DNA of 64,000 nucleotides, from positions 9,045 to 73,044 of the forward strand of contig JANOJB010000130.1 in NCBI GenBank assembly GCA_031407985.1, written 5' to 3'. The position numbers and the translations under genes are program-made. Below are positions 40,182 through 49,303 of this stretch, piece by piece. The DNA comes from Pseudomonadota bacterium. GTDB lineage: Bacteria > Myxococcota_A > Polyangia > Fen-1088. Position 1 is the first letter of the stretch. Each line of letters begins with the position of its first letter. The notes under the pieces are model-generated. The model had not been told where the DNA came from and searched no databases. It saw only the letters and a program-made list of their open reading frames with translations.

Positions 40182-43100
40182 TTACTGCTTGCTACCGGCG
40201 GCAACTTCCGTGCTGAGCTCGGAGATCACCGGAGTCGAGGACATAGCCGTCGACACATATCCGGCTTCCGGCTTCACCTCGGAAGACAGCGGATAGTCGG
40301 ACGGCTTCATCTGATTCAGTTCACGCTCGCACAGGCGGGACCACTCGTTGTACCAGGACTGTTCAGTCGCGGCGGTCAGACATTTCTCGAATCCATCGAC
40401 GGCCTTCAGTTCGATCGGCTCCGCCTTGTCTTCAAGGGTGTCACAGTAGATCTGTTTCGGCTGATTGCCCCATTGATCGACCTCCTTGAGGTCCTTGGGA
40501 ATCTCGGCCGTGTAGAGCTGCCCGGCAAAGTCCTGATAGATTTGGCCAACGCGGGCGGCCGACGCGATAGTCCACTGGGCCTGCTTCATCTTGAAGACGT
40601 CCAGATACATGGTTCGCGCCTTCTCGAGCTGCTTCGACTTGGTGTCCAGGTATCCAGTGAATTTCTTCACCGACTCCTCCATCTTCTTCTTGACCGCGTC
40701 TTGCTTCTTCTTGCCGTCGTATTGGCTCGGCTGCTGGAAGTCCAGACTGTCCGGAAATTTAATGCGCAAGAAGTCCTCGTACTGCCGCTCGGCGATGTGA
40801 AAGGCCGATCCAGCGACCGCAAAGGCCGCCCCAGCTGCTCGGGTCTCCACGTCTTTGCCGGTGATCTGATTGGCCGCGTCCCCCCCCTTCCACAGTTTCA
40901 CGACATCAGCAAAATGTCCCTGAGCCTTCCCGGCTAAGGTCTTGTTGCGCTCAAACAAGTTGATCTTCGACTTGGTCGGGGGGCCGCACTGAGTCTTGAT
41001 TTCCTTGATCCGCTTCTTTTTGCCGAGTTTCTTGTTCAGGTCGGCAAAAACCTTCTGCCGCCCCGTCGCCGACACGCGCTTGACCTCCAAACAGGCGCCA
41101 TCTTCCGCCGCCTTCGCACACGATCCCTTCCAGGCCATTTCGCCCAGACGGAAGTGGGCCAGAATCTGGCGGTCCGGGCCGCCGTCCTTGCCCCACTTCT
41201 TGAGATAGCTCTCAAGGTGCCGTGCGAGGTCGTCGTATTTCTTATCCTTCTCGTAGACCTCGGACATCTGGAAATACACCCCGGCCGCGTCCTGCGGTTT
41301 GCGGGCACCGTAGAACTTCACGAACGAATCCATATCGGCGATGGCCTTGTCGGATTCGCCGAGACCGATTCGGAAACTGGTCGCATTTCCGAGCGCTTCG
41401 GTTGCTTTCCCTTCACCGGGAAACTTACTGGCAAATTCCTCGTAGTTCTCCGCCGCCTTCGAGTAGTAGGCCAACTGGTGGTAGCCAGCCGCGACGCGGA
41501 ACAGCGCCTTTTGAGCCAGGCCATCCTTCGGGTGATCCTTGATCAGCTGCTGACGGGCCTTCAGGGCTTGCCCGACAAGATGTGCATTCTGGAAACACTG
41601 TCCGGCGTTCCACAGACGCTCGGCGTGTTTGGAGTGGTCCGGAAGTGAGTCAGCAGCGGCGAGGAGCGAACGTCCACATTCTTTGTAGTTCTTCTGTCTT
41701 TCGTACTCACGCCCTTCCAGGTCGTAGGTGTCGCTCTTCAGGGAGATCATCTGTTTGCCGAACTCGGGATCCTTCATCAGATTTGGCATTTCGAGGAACT
41801 TGTCCACCCACGCCACGACCTCCCTGGTCTTCCCCTGAGCGTTCAGAGAATCGAGGAGGAGGTTGGCCGAGTAGACGGCCAGTTCGTGGTTCGGGTGCTT
41901 CTCCACCACCTCCTGGAATAGTTTTCCGGCTTCCTCCCAGTGGTTGTACTCGTAGTAGATGCGCGCCTTACGGTAGCGGATAACTGGTAGTTCCGGTGCG
42001 TCGGGAACGTACTTGATGTAGGTATCGAAGGCCGCGATCATCTTCTGCTGGAATTCAGGGATCGTTCTCTTTTCCTTCTTCTTCTTCTCATCCATCTTGT
42101 CGTATTTAGCTCCGGCTTCCTTCGCCTCGGGCCCCAGCCCCTCGTCGTCCACCTGAAGCGCGTTCTTCCAGCCGAGAACAGCGGCGTAGGCTGAGTCCTT
42201 GGCGTACTTGCCCTTGGGGTTAAGCTCGACGACCTTGGTGTACTGCTCCGCGGCGTCCTTCCAGCGTTCGAGCGTCCACAGGAGCTCGCCGTAATAGAAG
42301 TTCATGTCGTAGGAGTCCTTGTCGTCCGGAAAGTGCTTCAGGAACTCCTTGTAGACGTACTGAACCAGTTGGTAGGTGTCGGCGTTCTTGGTCTTCTGGG
42401 CTTCCTTGTGCCAGATCAGGGCCAATTCCTTGGATGTGTCATGGAAGGCATTCTTGCACTCCTCGGTCTGGTCCTTCTTGAGGCCCTTCATCTGCACGAC
42501 CTTGTCGAACACGGCGCCTAGTCGTTCAATCTCTTGCACCTGGTCGCGCTTGGTGCCGGCCGACAAGGTGTTGCGAACGACCTTGCCCTGCCATTCGCAG
42601 ATTCGCGGACTGTCCATGTTGTTCGCGATGATCTTCTTGTAGACGCGGCTCGAATCGCCGAACTTGCCCTGCTCCCAGTAGAGTTCGGCCAGCGCCTCCA
42701 TCATCTTCGGTGCATAATCCCCGCCGATCCGCTGAAAGAATTCCCAAGATTTCTCGGGACCACCGACGTGCGAGTAGGCCTTGACGATGTCCTTCTTGGC
42801 TTCCTTGACCAGAGCGTCCTTCTGGGCCTTGTTGATGCTGACTTTGCCCTCGGTGGCCATCCGCACGACACCGACGAAGGTCTCGAGTGCGGTCTTGAAG
42901 TCGCCCATGTTGACGTAGCACCACCCTTTTTTGTAGACGGCGTAAGGGTAGACGGTGGACTTCGGGAACTGCTCCACCTTCTCGTAGAACTTGAGCGCGT
43001 TCTCCATTTCGCCCTTGTCGAAGTAGTACTCGGCGAACGAGAGGTATGCGTCCGGAATGTACTTGGACGTGGGGAAGTCTTTGATGAGACGAAGGAAGAA

Positions 43101-43733
43101 CTCGCGGGCTTGATCCTCTTTCTTTACCGAGGTGAGGAGGAATGCCAGCTTGAAAAGTACCTCGTCCATCCGTTCGTACTTCTTGTACTTGGTCGACTGG
43201 ATGTAGGACTTAACTGCCTCGAGCAGCCACTTCTCTTCTGACTTCTTGAAGCCCTGCTGCTGCTGCTGCAGGGTCGCCTTTTGGCCCACGGGAGCGTCGA
43301 AGATCTTCTGGTCAAGGCCGTGGGCCTGACTGAAGAAGAAGCGCTGCTTCTCGGCGAACAACTCGCCTAAACGGAAAAAGAAGTCGGGCTTTTGCGGGTC
43401 GTCGTCTGGAGTGACGGTGATCAGTCGTTTCATTTTGCTGATCTGGGCGTCCGTGATCGTCTGAATCTTGCCTTGCCGCCCTTGTACGAACTGATCCACA
43501 GTAAGAACCGGTCCGCTTTCCTTCTTGGGTGGAGGGGGCGCTTCGGGTTTGGTCAGCTTTGTTTGCGTCGCCTGGACCTGCGTTTCCTGCTTCGTGAACT
43601 TGGCCTTCCCCGAATTCACTGGGGCGGCAGGTGCCGCGGCCAGGACGAGGTTGGGAGTCAAAAGCAGCCACGGTAAGGCCGCCATCGACAACGACCGATA
43701 CAACCGAAAATTCGGAATCAGGGAACTGGTCAT
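40182..43733 (-). CDS. Large secreted TPR/helical-repeat protein (~1,183 aa); GltD/AgmU-like
   Basis: ATG at 43733 with GGTGGAG upstream; the tracked TTG start is at 43769. Signal peptide ...MAALPWLLLTPNLVLAAAPA. TPR-like repeats run throughout (YLSFAEYYFDKGEMENALKFYEKV..., AVYKKGWCYVNMGDFKTALETF...). Confidence 0.8.
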   Translation of the reverse strand: MTSSLIPNFRLYRSLSMAALPWLLLTPNLVLAAAPAAPVNSGKAKFTKQETQVQATQTKLTKPEAPPPPKKESGPVLTVDQFVQGRQGKIQTITDAQISKMKRLITVTPDDDPQKPDFFFRLGELFAEKQRFFFSQAHGLDQKIFDAPVGQKATLQQQQQGFKKSEEKWLLEAVKSYIQSTKYKKYERMDEVLFKLAFLLTSVKKEDQAREFFLRLIKDFPTSKYIPDAYLSFAEYYFDKGEMENALKFYEKVEQFPKSTVYPYAVYKKGWCYVNMGDFKTALETFVGVVRMATEGKVSINKAQKDALVKEAKKDIVKAYSHVGGPEKSWEFFQRIGGDYAPKMMEALAELYWEQGKFGDSSRVYKKIIANNMDSPRICEWQGKVVRNTLSAGTKRDQVQEIERLGAVFDKVVQMKGLKKDQTEECKNAFHDTSKELALIWHKEAQKTKNADTYQLVQYVYKEFLKHFPDDKDSYDMNFYYGELLWTLERWKDAAEQYTKVVELNPKGKYAKDSAYAAVLGWKNALQVDDEGLGPEAKEAGAKYDKMDEKKKKEKRTIPEFQQKMIAAFDTYIKYVPDAPELPVIRYRKARIYYEYNHWEEAGKLFQEVVEKHPNHELAVYSANLLLDSLNAQGKTREVVAWVDKFLEMPNLMKDPEFGKQMISLKSDTYDLEGREYERQKNYKECGRSLLAAADSLPDHSKHAERLWNAGQCFQNAHLVGQALKARQQLIKDHPKDGLAQKALFRVAAGYHQLAYYSKAAENYEEFASKFPGEGKATEALGNATSFRIGLGESDKAIADMDSFVKFYGARKPQDAAGVYFQMSEVYEKDKKYDDLARHLESYLKKWGKDGGPDRQILAHFRLGEMAWKGSCAKAAEDGACLEVKRVSATGRQKVFADLNKKLGKKKRIKEIKTQCGPPTKSKINLFERNKTLAGKAQGHFADVVKLWKGGDAANQITGKDVETRAAGAAFAVAGSAFHIAERQYEDFLRIKFPDSLDFQQPSQYDGKKKQDAVKKKMEESVKKFTGYLDTKSKQLEKARTMYLDVFKMKQAQWTIASAARVGQIYQDFAGQLYTAEIPKDLKEVDQWGNQPKQIYCDTLEDKAEPIELKAVDGFEKCLTAATEQSWYNEWSRLCERELNQMKPSDYPLSSEVKPEAGYVSTAMSSTPVISELSTEVAAGSKQ

Positions 43734-43812
43734 GGTCACTCCACCTGGTGCTCTCGTTGCCAAGATCAATTAACCGTCGAACAACCCGTCGGGAAAGCGC
43801 ATCTAGGTCAAG

Positions 43813-45534
43813 CTATTTTGTCGGCGGCTCGGGCGCCGCGGCCCCTTCGACGGGAGCTGCTACGCCCTCGGCCCCTTCGCCGGTCGCTGGCGCGCCTTCC
43901 GGAGCAGTCTTGGCGCACTTGTTCAGGATCTTGACTCGGTAGTACCCGAGCTCGTCGCGCCAATACTCGCCGGTGAACGGCCACATATCGTGCTCATCGT
44001 CGGCACGGATGTCCTCGGGGCGCCGCTGCGGGCCCCCTTCTTTAAGAATTTGCTGCTCCTGCTGGACTTCCTCCTGCAGGTCGCCCTTGGCACCCTGCAG
44101 AATTTCGAATTCAATCTTGATGACGCGCTTGATGAGCTGCGCTAATTCATCGGTCAGGCGCTTGATTCGGCGACGGGAAAGATCTCCTCCCTCGTTCATG
44201 GCCAGCGACTTCTGCAAAGTCAGGTCCGCCAGAATCGTTTGGGCGATGTTCGTGTTTCTCCACGAGGTATCGGCCTTCTCGTGCTGGTTGATCTCGCGGG
44301 TCAACTCATCCACATACTGGAATCGCTTGACCAAGCTTTGGTCTGAGAGTACGGCGCGGGCCGCACGCTCCGTCGCCTCGGGCAAACCAGAAGTTCCCTT
44401 GCGAATCTTGACCGCCAAATCAAACAGCGCGCCGTTGTCCGTATTGGTCGCCACCAGCTTGCTGAGATCTTGGAACATTTGTGGGTAGACGCTGTTGAAC
44501 TCGGCGATGGCCCCTTCCGCCCGGTCGTAGAGGCAATTGTAGAAGTAGATTGTCGCTTTGACCGTCAGGGCCTCGCCGATCGATTCGGGCTTGATGGAGT
44601 TCTCGAAGAATGGCGCCTGGAGCGTGTGAATGTTTCCCAGCGCTTTCGAGTACCCCTTCTGTTTCAGCATGAAGTTCGCCCACGATGCCTCGAACAAACT
44701 GTTGGCCCAATCGTAGGATTCCTGCGAGACGCGGTCGAAGTACTTCGTCGACAGCTCGAACTGACCCGTCGAATAGAACGTCCGTGCGAGCGAGAGGTTG
44801 GCTAGGTCCTCGAAAGGTTTGACCTTGGGGTCCGAGCTTTCGGCGGCGGCCCGAAGGACCTCTTTAAAGGACTCAACCGCCGGCTTCGCCTGGTACTCGC
44901 GAACGTGGGTCGCACCCTCGAATAACTTGGCCTGCACATACCACTCGCTGCTGGTGGGCACCGCGCTGTAGAGCTCCACCGCCTCCTTGAACTGACCCTT
45001 CTGGTAGTGGAACTTCCCGAGCAGGAAGTAGAGCTCGTCGCGAACCTTGTCCAGCGCGGGTTGGTCCAGATCGGCGCGGTTGTACTTTCCGATCTTCTCA
45101 AGAATGCCCGTCGAATCGGGCAACTGGCGTGACAAGGATGCCAACCATTTCAGGGTGGCGTTGTAGTAGGCGTGCGATGGTCCTTTTTGAACGATGCGAT
45201 CGAAATACGATAACGACGCTGAATAGAACTTGATCCCGTAAAGGGCCTTGCCCATCCAGAACTCGGCCTTCTGCTTGTTCGCCTCGCTGTCGCCTGACTC
45301 TCCCTCTACGACCTTGTTCAATTCAATCGACGCCGAGTACTGGTCCTCGCCGTCATAGAGCTTCAACGCCCGTTCAAGAACCTTGGAGGGCTGATCGCCG
45401 GTTGGCGCGGCTTCCGGTTGGAAGTCACCCTTAGGGGCTGCTTTCTTCTTCTTGGCGTGGGCCAGCGGGGAGGCCAGCAGAAGGGAACAAGTGAGCGCAA
45501 CCCCGAGACCGCGAAATCGGGTCATGGAAACCAT
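43813..45534 (-). CDS. Secreted TPR-like protein (573 aa), first gene of the operon; GltC/NfsC-like by position
   Basis: AAGAGG RBS. Signal peptide MVSMTRFRGLGVALTCSLLLASPLAHA. TPR-like helices, a coiled coil, then a DEHDMWPFTGEYWRDELGYYRV motif and an A/G/P/E tail. Confidence 0.75.
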   Translation of the reverse strand: MVSMTRFRGLGVALTCSLLLASPLAHAKKKKAAPKGDFQPEAAPTGDQPSKVLERALKLYDGEDQYSASIELNKVVEGESGDSEANKQKAEFWMGKALYGIKFYSASLSYFDRIVQKGPSHAYYNATLKWLASLSRQLPDSTGILEKIGKYNRADLDQPALDKVRDELYFLLGKFHYQKGQFKEAVELYSAVPTSSEWYVQAKLFEGATHVREYQAKPAVESFKEVLRAAAESSDPKVKPFEDLANLSLARTFYSTGQFELSTKYFDRVSQESYDWANSLFEASWANFMLKQKGYSKALGNIHTLQAPFFENSIKPESIGEALTVKATIYFYNCLYDRAEGAIAEFNSVYPQMFQDLSKLVATNTDNGALFDLAVKIRKGTSGLPEATERAARAVLSDQSLVKRFQYVDELTREINQHEKADTSWRNTNIAQTILADLTLQKSLAMNEGGDLSRRRIKRLTDELAQLIKRVIKIEFEILQGAKGDLQEEVQQEQQILKEGGPQRRPEDIRADDEHDMWPFTGEYWRDELGYYRVKILNKCAKTAPEGAPATGEGAEGVAAPVEGAAAPEPPTK

Positions 45535-45823
45535 ATAGACCTCTTGATGGATTGTCCTCGGACGGATGAAGCGACGATTTGTCCAAACAGCGATGAAAGA
45601 TAACGCGTCGGAAACGAGGTGTGCGGCATGTAAGTTTGCTGACGACTACAACGACGTACAGCGACGTTCGTCGGCGTGTAACGGCACACCCAAAACCGGG
45701 CCATGCTAGACGTGGGGATCACAGCTGTCAAGGGGAAGGGAGTGGGTTTCCGTTGGCATTTTCCTGAACAAATCCGCAAGCGAGCGGGTCTGGGTTTGGG
45801 ATGCATCCGGATGTATTTGGAGG

Positions 45824-45851
45824 TTGACAGGGCATCTCCCACCAGTAACAT
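45824..45851 (+). promoter_or_regulatory. Candidate sigma70-type promoter for the Cys-rich lipoprotein gene
   Basis: TTGACA (45824-45829), 16-nt spacer, TAACAT (45846-45851), about 48 nt upstream of the ATG at 45899. Confidence 0.35.
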
Positions 45852-45898
45852 GGCGGCCCCTGCGGCACCCGGCCCGCACCAGGAGCGAAGGAGCCCAA

Positions 45899-46369
45899 AT
45901 GACGTTTTTGTCGTCCTTGTCCCGCTCGATTCAGAACCCCACACTCGCCCCTTTTATGGCGGCTGCGATGTTTCTGTTCAGCGCATGCGAGGAAAAGCAC
46001 ATCGGTCGTCTGTGTGACATTGGAAGCACCATGGCGTTGGATCCGAAAACGATCGCGGTCAATCCACAGGCGCTAGAATGTCCGTCCCGGCTTTGTATCC
46101 TGCCGGCTCAGGACAAGAGCACTACCATGGCAGGCACGGCCGCGTTCTGTACCGCTGAGTGCGGGGGAGATGACGATTGCGCGGACGCAGAGACCGGCCC
46201 CGAAGGCGATATGGTGGACAAGCGGTGTGAACAGGGGTTCGTCTGTCGTCGGATCGTTCCCAAGTTGGAAAATAACCCCCTTTCCTGCAGGCCCGTTTGT
46301 GTCTGCAAAGATTTTCTCCTGACAGGCGACATCGACATGCCTGGCCCGCCCCCAGTTTCCTGTCTCTGA
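45899..46369 (+). CDS. Cys-rich lipoprotein (156 aa), unknown function
   Basis: ATG at 45899 with AAGGAG 7 nt upstream. Lipobox FLFSAC. 13 Cys in the mature part (e.g. FCTAECGGDDDCAD, CRPVCVCKD). Confidence 0.65.
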   Translation: MTFLSSLSRSIQNPTLAPFMAAAMFLFSACEEKHIGRLCDIGSTMALDPKTIAVNPQALECPSRLCILPAQDKSTTMAGTAAFCTAECGGDDDCADAETGPEGDMVDKRCEQGFVCRRIVPKLENNPLSCRPVCVCKDFLLTGDIDMPGPPPVSCL

Positions 46370-46403
46370 CGTGATTGGGCAGACGTCCGGGTCGGGGAAC
46401 TGC

Positions 46404-46739
46404 CTAGCTGGTCGTCTCAAATGCCGCGGGGATATGGACGATGCGAGGTTCGCGCTGATCGTCGAAGAAGGTTACGGCTACGACGTCGAAGCGATACCCG
46501 GTAGCAGCTGTGGATTCGCAAGCGAGGTAGTAACGGGCCGCGCGAATGACGCGGGCCCGTTTTCGAGAGTCCACTGATTCCAGCGGATCCCCGGTCCGTT
46601 CGCCGGTTCGAGACCGAACCTCGCAGAAGACGCAGGTGCCGTCGGGATCGAGAGCAACCAGATCTAGTTCGCCCTCGGGTCTGCGCCAGTTGCGCGCGAT
46701 AATGCGCATGCCTGCCCTCTCCAACAGATCGGCCGCCAT
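46404..46739 (-). CDS. yraN: YraN-family (UPF0102) endonuclease-like protein
   Basis: RIIARNWRRPEGELDLVALDPDGTCVFCEVRSR...DPLESVDSRKRARVIRAARYYL matches the YraN core. The N-terminal conserved G.RGE.A.A..L motif lies partly upstream of the first ATG (see findings). Confidence 0.8.
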   Translation of the reverse strand: MAADLLERAGMRIIARNWRRPEGELDLVALDPDGTCVFCEVRSRTGERTGDPLESVDSRKRARVIRAARYYLACESTAATGYRFDVVAVTFFDDQREPRIVHIPAAFETTS

Positions 46740-46806
46740 CGCCTCGGCGCGACGTCCGAGGCCCGCACGCGCATCCGGCGCCGCAGATCCCAGGCCCTAT
46801 CTCCAG

Positions 46807-47253
46807 CTACGAAGTGACGACGGGAACAACCGGGGCTGCATTGGCCGGGGGCACCTGAACAGGTGCAACCGTCCCCGATGAAGGCGATTCGGTCGCTTCT
46901 TCGCGTTTTTCGCTCTTGATACGGGCAGCCTTGCCCTGAAGCGCACGCAGGTAGTTCAGACGGGCACGCCGGACGTGGCCTCTTTGAACGACCTCTATCT
47001 TCTCGATTCGGGAGGTGTGCAAGGGGAAGATACGCTCGACACCCACGCCGTATGAGATCTTGCGGACCGTGAACGACGCCCGCGACCCGCCGCGATGTTG
47101 TCCAATTACCACGCCCTCGAAGATCTGAACCCGTTCCTTGTCGCCCTCTTTAATCAGCGTGTGAACGCGAACGCTATCGCCGGAACGAAAATCCGGAAGG
47201 TTTTGGCGCTGATAGGAACTGTCGATTTCTCTGAGAAGTGGATTTTGGCTCAT
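46807..47253 (-). CDS. rplS: 50S ribosomal protein L19 with a C-terminal extension
   Basis: [69 protein letters not shown] is present. About 30 extra A/P/V/S-rich residues follow. Confidence 0.95.
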   Translation of the reverse strand: MSQNPLLREIDSSYQRQNLPDFRSGDSVRVHTLIKEGDKERVQIFEGVVIGQHRGGSRASFTVRKISYGVGVERIFPLHTSRIEKIEVVQRGHVRRARLNYLRALQGKAARIKSEKREEATESPSSGTVAPVQVPPANAAPVVPVVTS

Positions 47254-47274
47254 GGGATGCTCCGAGGGGGGTCA

Positions 47275-47303
47275 TTAGTAACGGGGGCGGGCGGGCGAGT
47301 CAA
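47275..47303 (-). promoter_or_regulatory. Candidate internal sigma70-type promoter in the trmD-rplS gap
   Basis: Minus strand: TTGACT, 17-nt spacer, TACTAA, then about 20 nt to the GGAG RBS and the ATG at 47253. Confidence 0.3.
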
Positions 47304-47311
47304 GCACGGTG

Positions 47312-47335
47312 AGGTTGTAGCTCAGGTTGTAGCTC
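47312..47335. repeat. Perfect 12-bp tandem duplication in the trmD-rplS intergenic region
   Basis: aggttgtagctc occurs twice in tandem. Confidence 0.9.
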
Positions 47336-47390
47336 GGTCGAGACCGACGGCGCACCGCGACAGGAGGAATCCCCGAACGGCGGTTCGACG

Positions 47391-48143
47391 TCATTGGGGG
47401 TCACCGGCGTCCTCGAGCAGCCAGCCCTGCTCCTCTTCGGTTGGAGGGAAGCGGGTGATGAGGTCCGGGCGTAGGGTGTAGGTGCGGCGAAGAGCCTCGC
47501 GCCGACGCCAGCGATCTATCGCGGCGTGGTCACCGGACAAAAGGATCTGCGGCACGGTGTGTCCGCGAAAATCGAGCGGGCGGGTCCACTGGGGATATTC
47601 GAGTCGCCCATGCGAAAACGATTCATCGGTGGCCGACAAGGCCGACCCGAGGACGCCGGGGACCAATCGAGCAACAGCCTCGACCACAACGGCAGCGGCG
47701 AGTTCTCCTCCCGCCAGCACGTAATCCCCAATGCTCAGTTCCTCGTCGCATAACCCACCCACGCGTTCGTCGAAACCCTCGTAGCGACCACAAACCAGCA
47801 CAATTCTGGGAATCGTCGCCAATCGGTGGACGTTGGCCTGATCGAGAAGCTTCCCGCGCGGCGAAAGCAACACCTTATGCGCGGGTCCCCGACGAAGTGC
47901 GACGTCGTCGAGCGCCGCGGCCAAGGGCGGGACGGAGAGGATCATTCCAGGGCCACCACCGCAGGGAGTGTCGTCGACGGACTTGTGACGGCCGAGCGCA
48001 TAATCACGCGGATTGGTCTTCTCGACGACAATGATTCCAGCGGCGATGGCGCGGCCTAGCAAGCTGGTACGAAGGAACCCGTCGAAGAGATCCGGAAACA
48101 GCGTCACCAATTCGAAGGTGATCTGTGGAAGTCGCTCATTCAT
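47391..48143 (-). CDS. trmD: tRNA (guanine37-N1)-methyltransferase TrmD
   Basis: Start MNERLPQITFELVTLFPDLF at 48143, an 8-nt overlap with the rimM stop. VDDTPCGGGPGMIL and DERV...EELSIGDYVLAGGELAA motifs are present. Confidence 0.93.
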   Translation of the reverse strand: MNERLPQITFELVTLFPDLFDGFLRTSLLGRAIAAGIIVVEKTNPRDYALGRHKSVDDTPCGGGPGMILSVPPLAAALDDVALRRGPAHKVLLSPRGKLLDQANVHRLATIPRIVLVCGRYEGFDERVGGLCDEELSIGDYVLAGGELAAAVVVEAVARLVPGVLGSALSATDESFSHGRLEYPQWTRPLDFRGHTVPQILLSGDHAAIDRWRRREALRRTYTLRPDLITRFPPTEEEQGWLLEDAGDPQ

Positions 48144-48693
48144 GGCCTTGCCATTCAACAACAACCCGGCGCCCAGACACATCGACGTCGCGCACGAACG
48201 CGGGTACGACCGGAATCAGCAGGTCATCGTCCGCGTCGGCCCCGTCTTCTTCGCGCGAACGGGAGACTGACATGACGTCCTGGGCTCCGTTCCAGAAGAC
48301 ACTGACCACGGCCCCCAAGACGCTACCCGTCTCGGTAAGAACCTCGCAGCCCAGTAGGTCCTCGACGAAGAACTCCCCGGGAGCAAGCGGGGGAAGTGAT
48401 TTCTTCTGGACCCGCACAGGAAGATGGGTCAACGCGGAGGCGGCGTCCCGAGAATCGACACCCTCAAGCCGCAGCAGCCAGCCGTCGACGCCCCGACGCG
48501 CGCTCCTCACTTTTCGCTCTTCCCGCGCGGTTCCCCGTTCGAGGATTAAGACCGGAACGCCGGCCAAATCGGTACCGCGCCCATTGTGCGAGCGAAGGAT
48601 CATCTCGCCATCCAGCCCGTGGGGACGACCAATCACGCCCAGCAACAATGAATCAGATTCGTAACTTGGCCGGGCCATTACCGCAACCCGCAT
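48136..48693 (-). CDS. rimM: 16S rRNA processing protein RimM
   Basis: LLLGVIGRPHGLDGEMILRS N-terminus and a PRC-barrel C-terminal half. Lies between the KH gene and trmD. Confidence 0.9.
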   Translation of the reverse strand: MRVAVMARPSYESDSLLLGVIGRPHGLDGEMILRSHNGRGTDLAGVPVLILERGTAREERKVRSARRGVDGWLLRLEGVDSRDAASALTHLPVRVQKKSLPPLAPGEFFVEDLLGCEVLTETGSVLGAVVSVFWNGAQDVMSVSRSREEDGADADDDLLIPVVPAFVRDVDVSGRRVVVEWQGHE

Positions 48694-48724
48694 CGGCGCC
48701 TGATGGCGCGCGAATCCCCAAACG

Positions 48725-48973
48725 CTATTCGAGAATCTCCAGGACGACGCGGCGGCGCATCTTTGAAGAAGCAGCTGACAGAACCGTGCGCAAGGCCTTG
48801 GCGGTTCTTCCCTGCTTCCCGATCACCTTGCCCAGATCCTGCTCGGCCACCTTCAATTCGAAGACCAGCGCGTCAGGCTCGTCCACTTCCTCGACCGATA
48901 CCTCCTCGGGATTATCGACCAAGCCTCGAGCCAGATACTCGACCAGCGCGCGGAGAGAGGATTGTTGCGCCAA
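48725..48973 (-). CDS. KH-domain RNA-binding protein (YlqC/UPF0109 type)
   Basis: 82 aa with LVEYLARGLVDNPEEVSVEEV and the GKVIGKQGRTAKALRTVL GxxG loop. Confidence 0.85.
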   Translation of the reverse strand: MAQQSSLRALVEYLARGLVDNPEEVSVEEVDEPDALVFELKVAEQDLGKVIGKQGRTAKALRTVLSAASSKMRRRVVLEILE

Positions 48974-49000
48974 GTGGGAATACCCGGTGGACGAACGGTC

Positions 49001-49264
49001 TTACTTCGTGGGCGCGGGAGCGGCGGCGCGTTTCAGTTCGCTCATCAGTTCACCAACCGTTTGGCTGGGAACCGCACCCACCGATATCCAGTGCTGCAAT
49101 CTCTCGGAATTGACCCGAAATTCGGGAGGGTCGCGCAACGGATCGTAGACCCCCAGTTGCTCGATGAATCGCCCATCGCGGGGGCTGCGCCTGTCGGCGG
49201 CCACGACACGATAGAACGGAACCTTCTTTGCACCGGCGCGGGTAAGTCGAATGGTCACTGACAT
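49001..49264 (-). CDS. rpsP: 30S ribosomal protein S16
   Basis: [43 protein letters not shown]. Confidence 0.95.
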   Translation of the reverse strand: MSVTIRLTRAGAKKVPFYRVVAADRRSPRDGRFIEQLGVYDPLRDPPEFRVNSERLQHWISVGAVPSQTVGELMSELKRAAAPAPTK

Positions 49265-49303
49265 GATGATCCTTGCGGCATTCCGAATGAAAACGGAGGA
49301 CGG

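Noticed and set aside
47312-47335. gtagctcag strings resembling a tRNA D-arm
   Set aside because: There is no matching acceptor stem, anticodon arm or T-loop. It is a simple 12-bp tandem duplication in an intergenic spacer.
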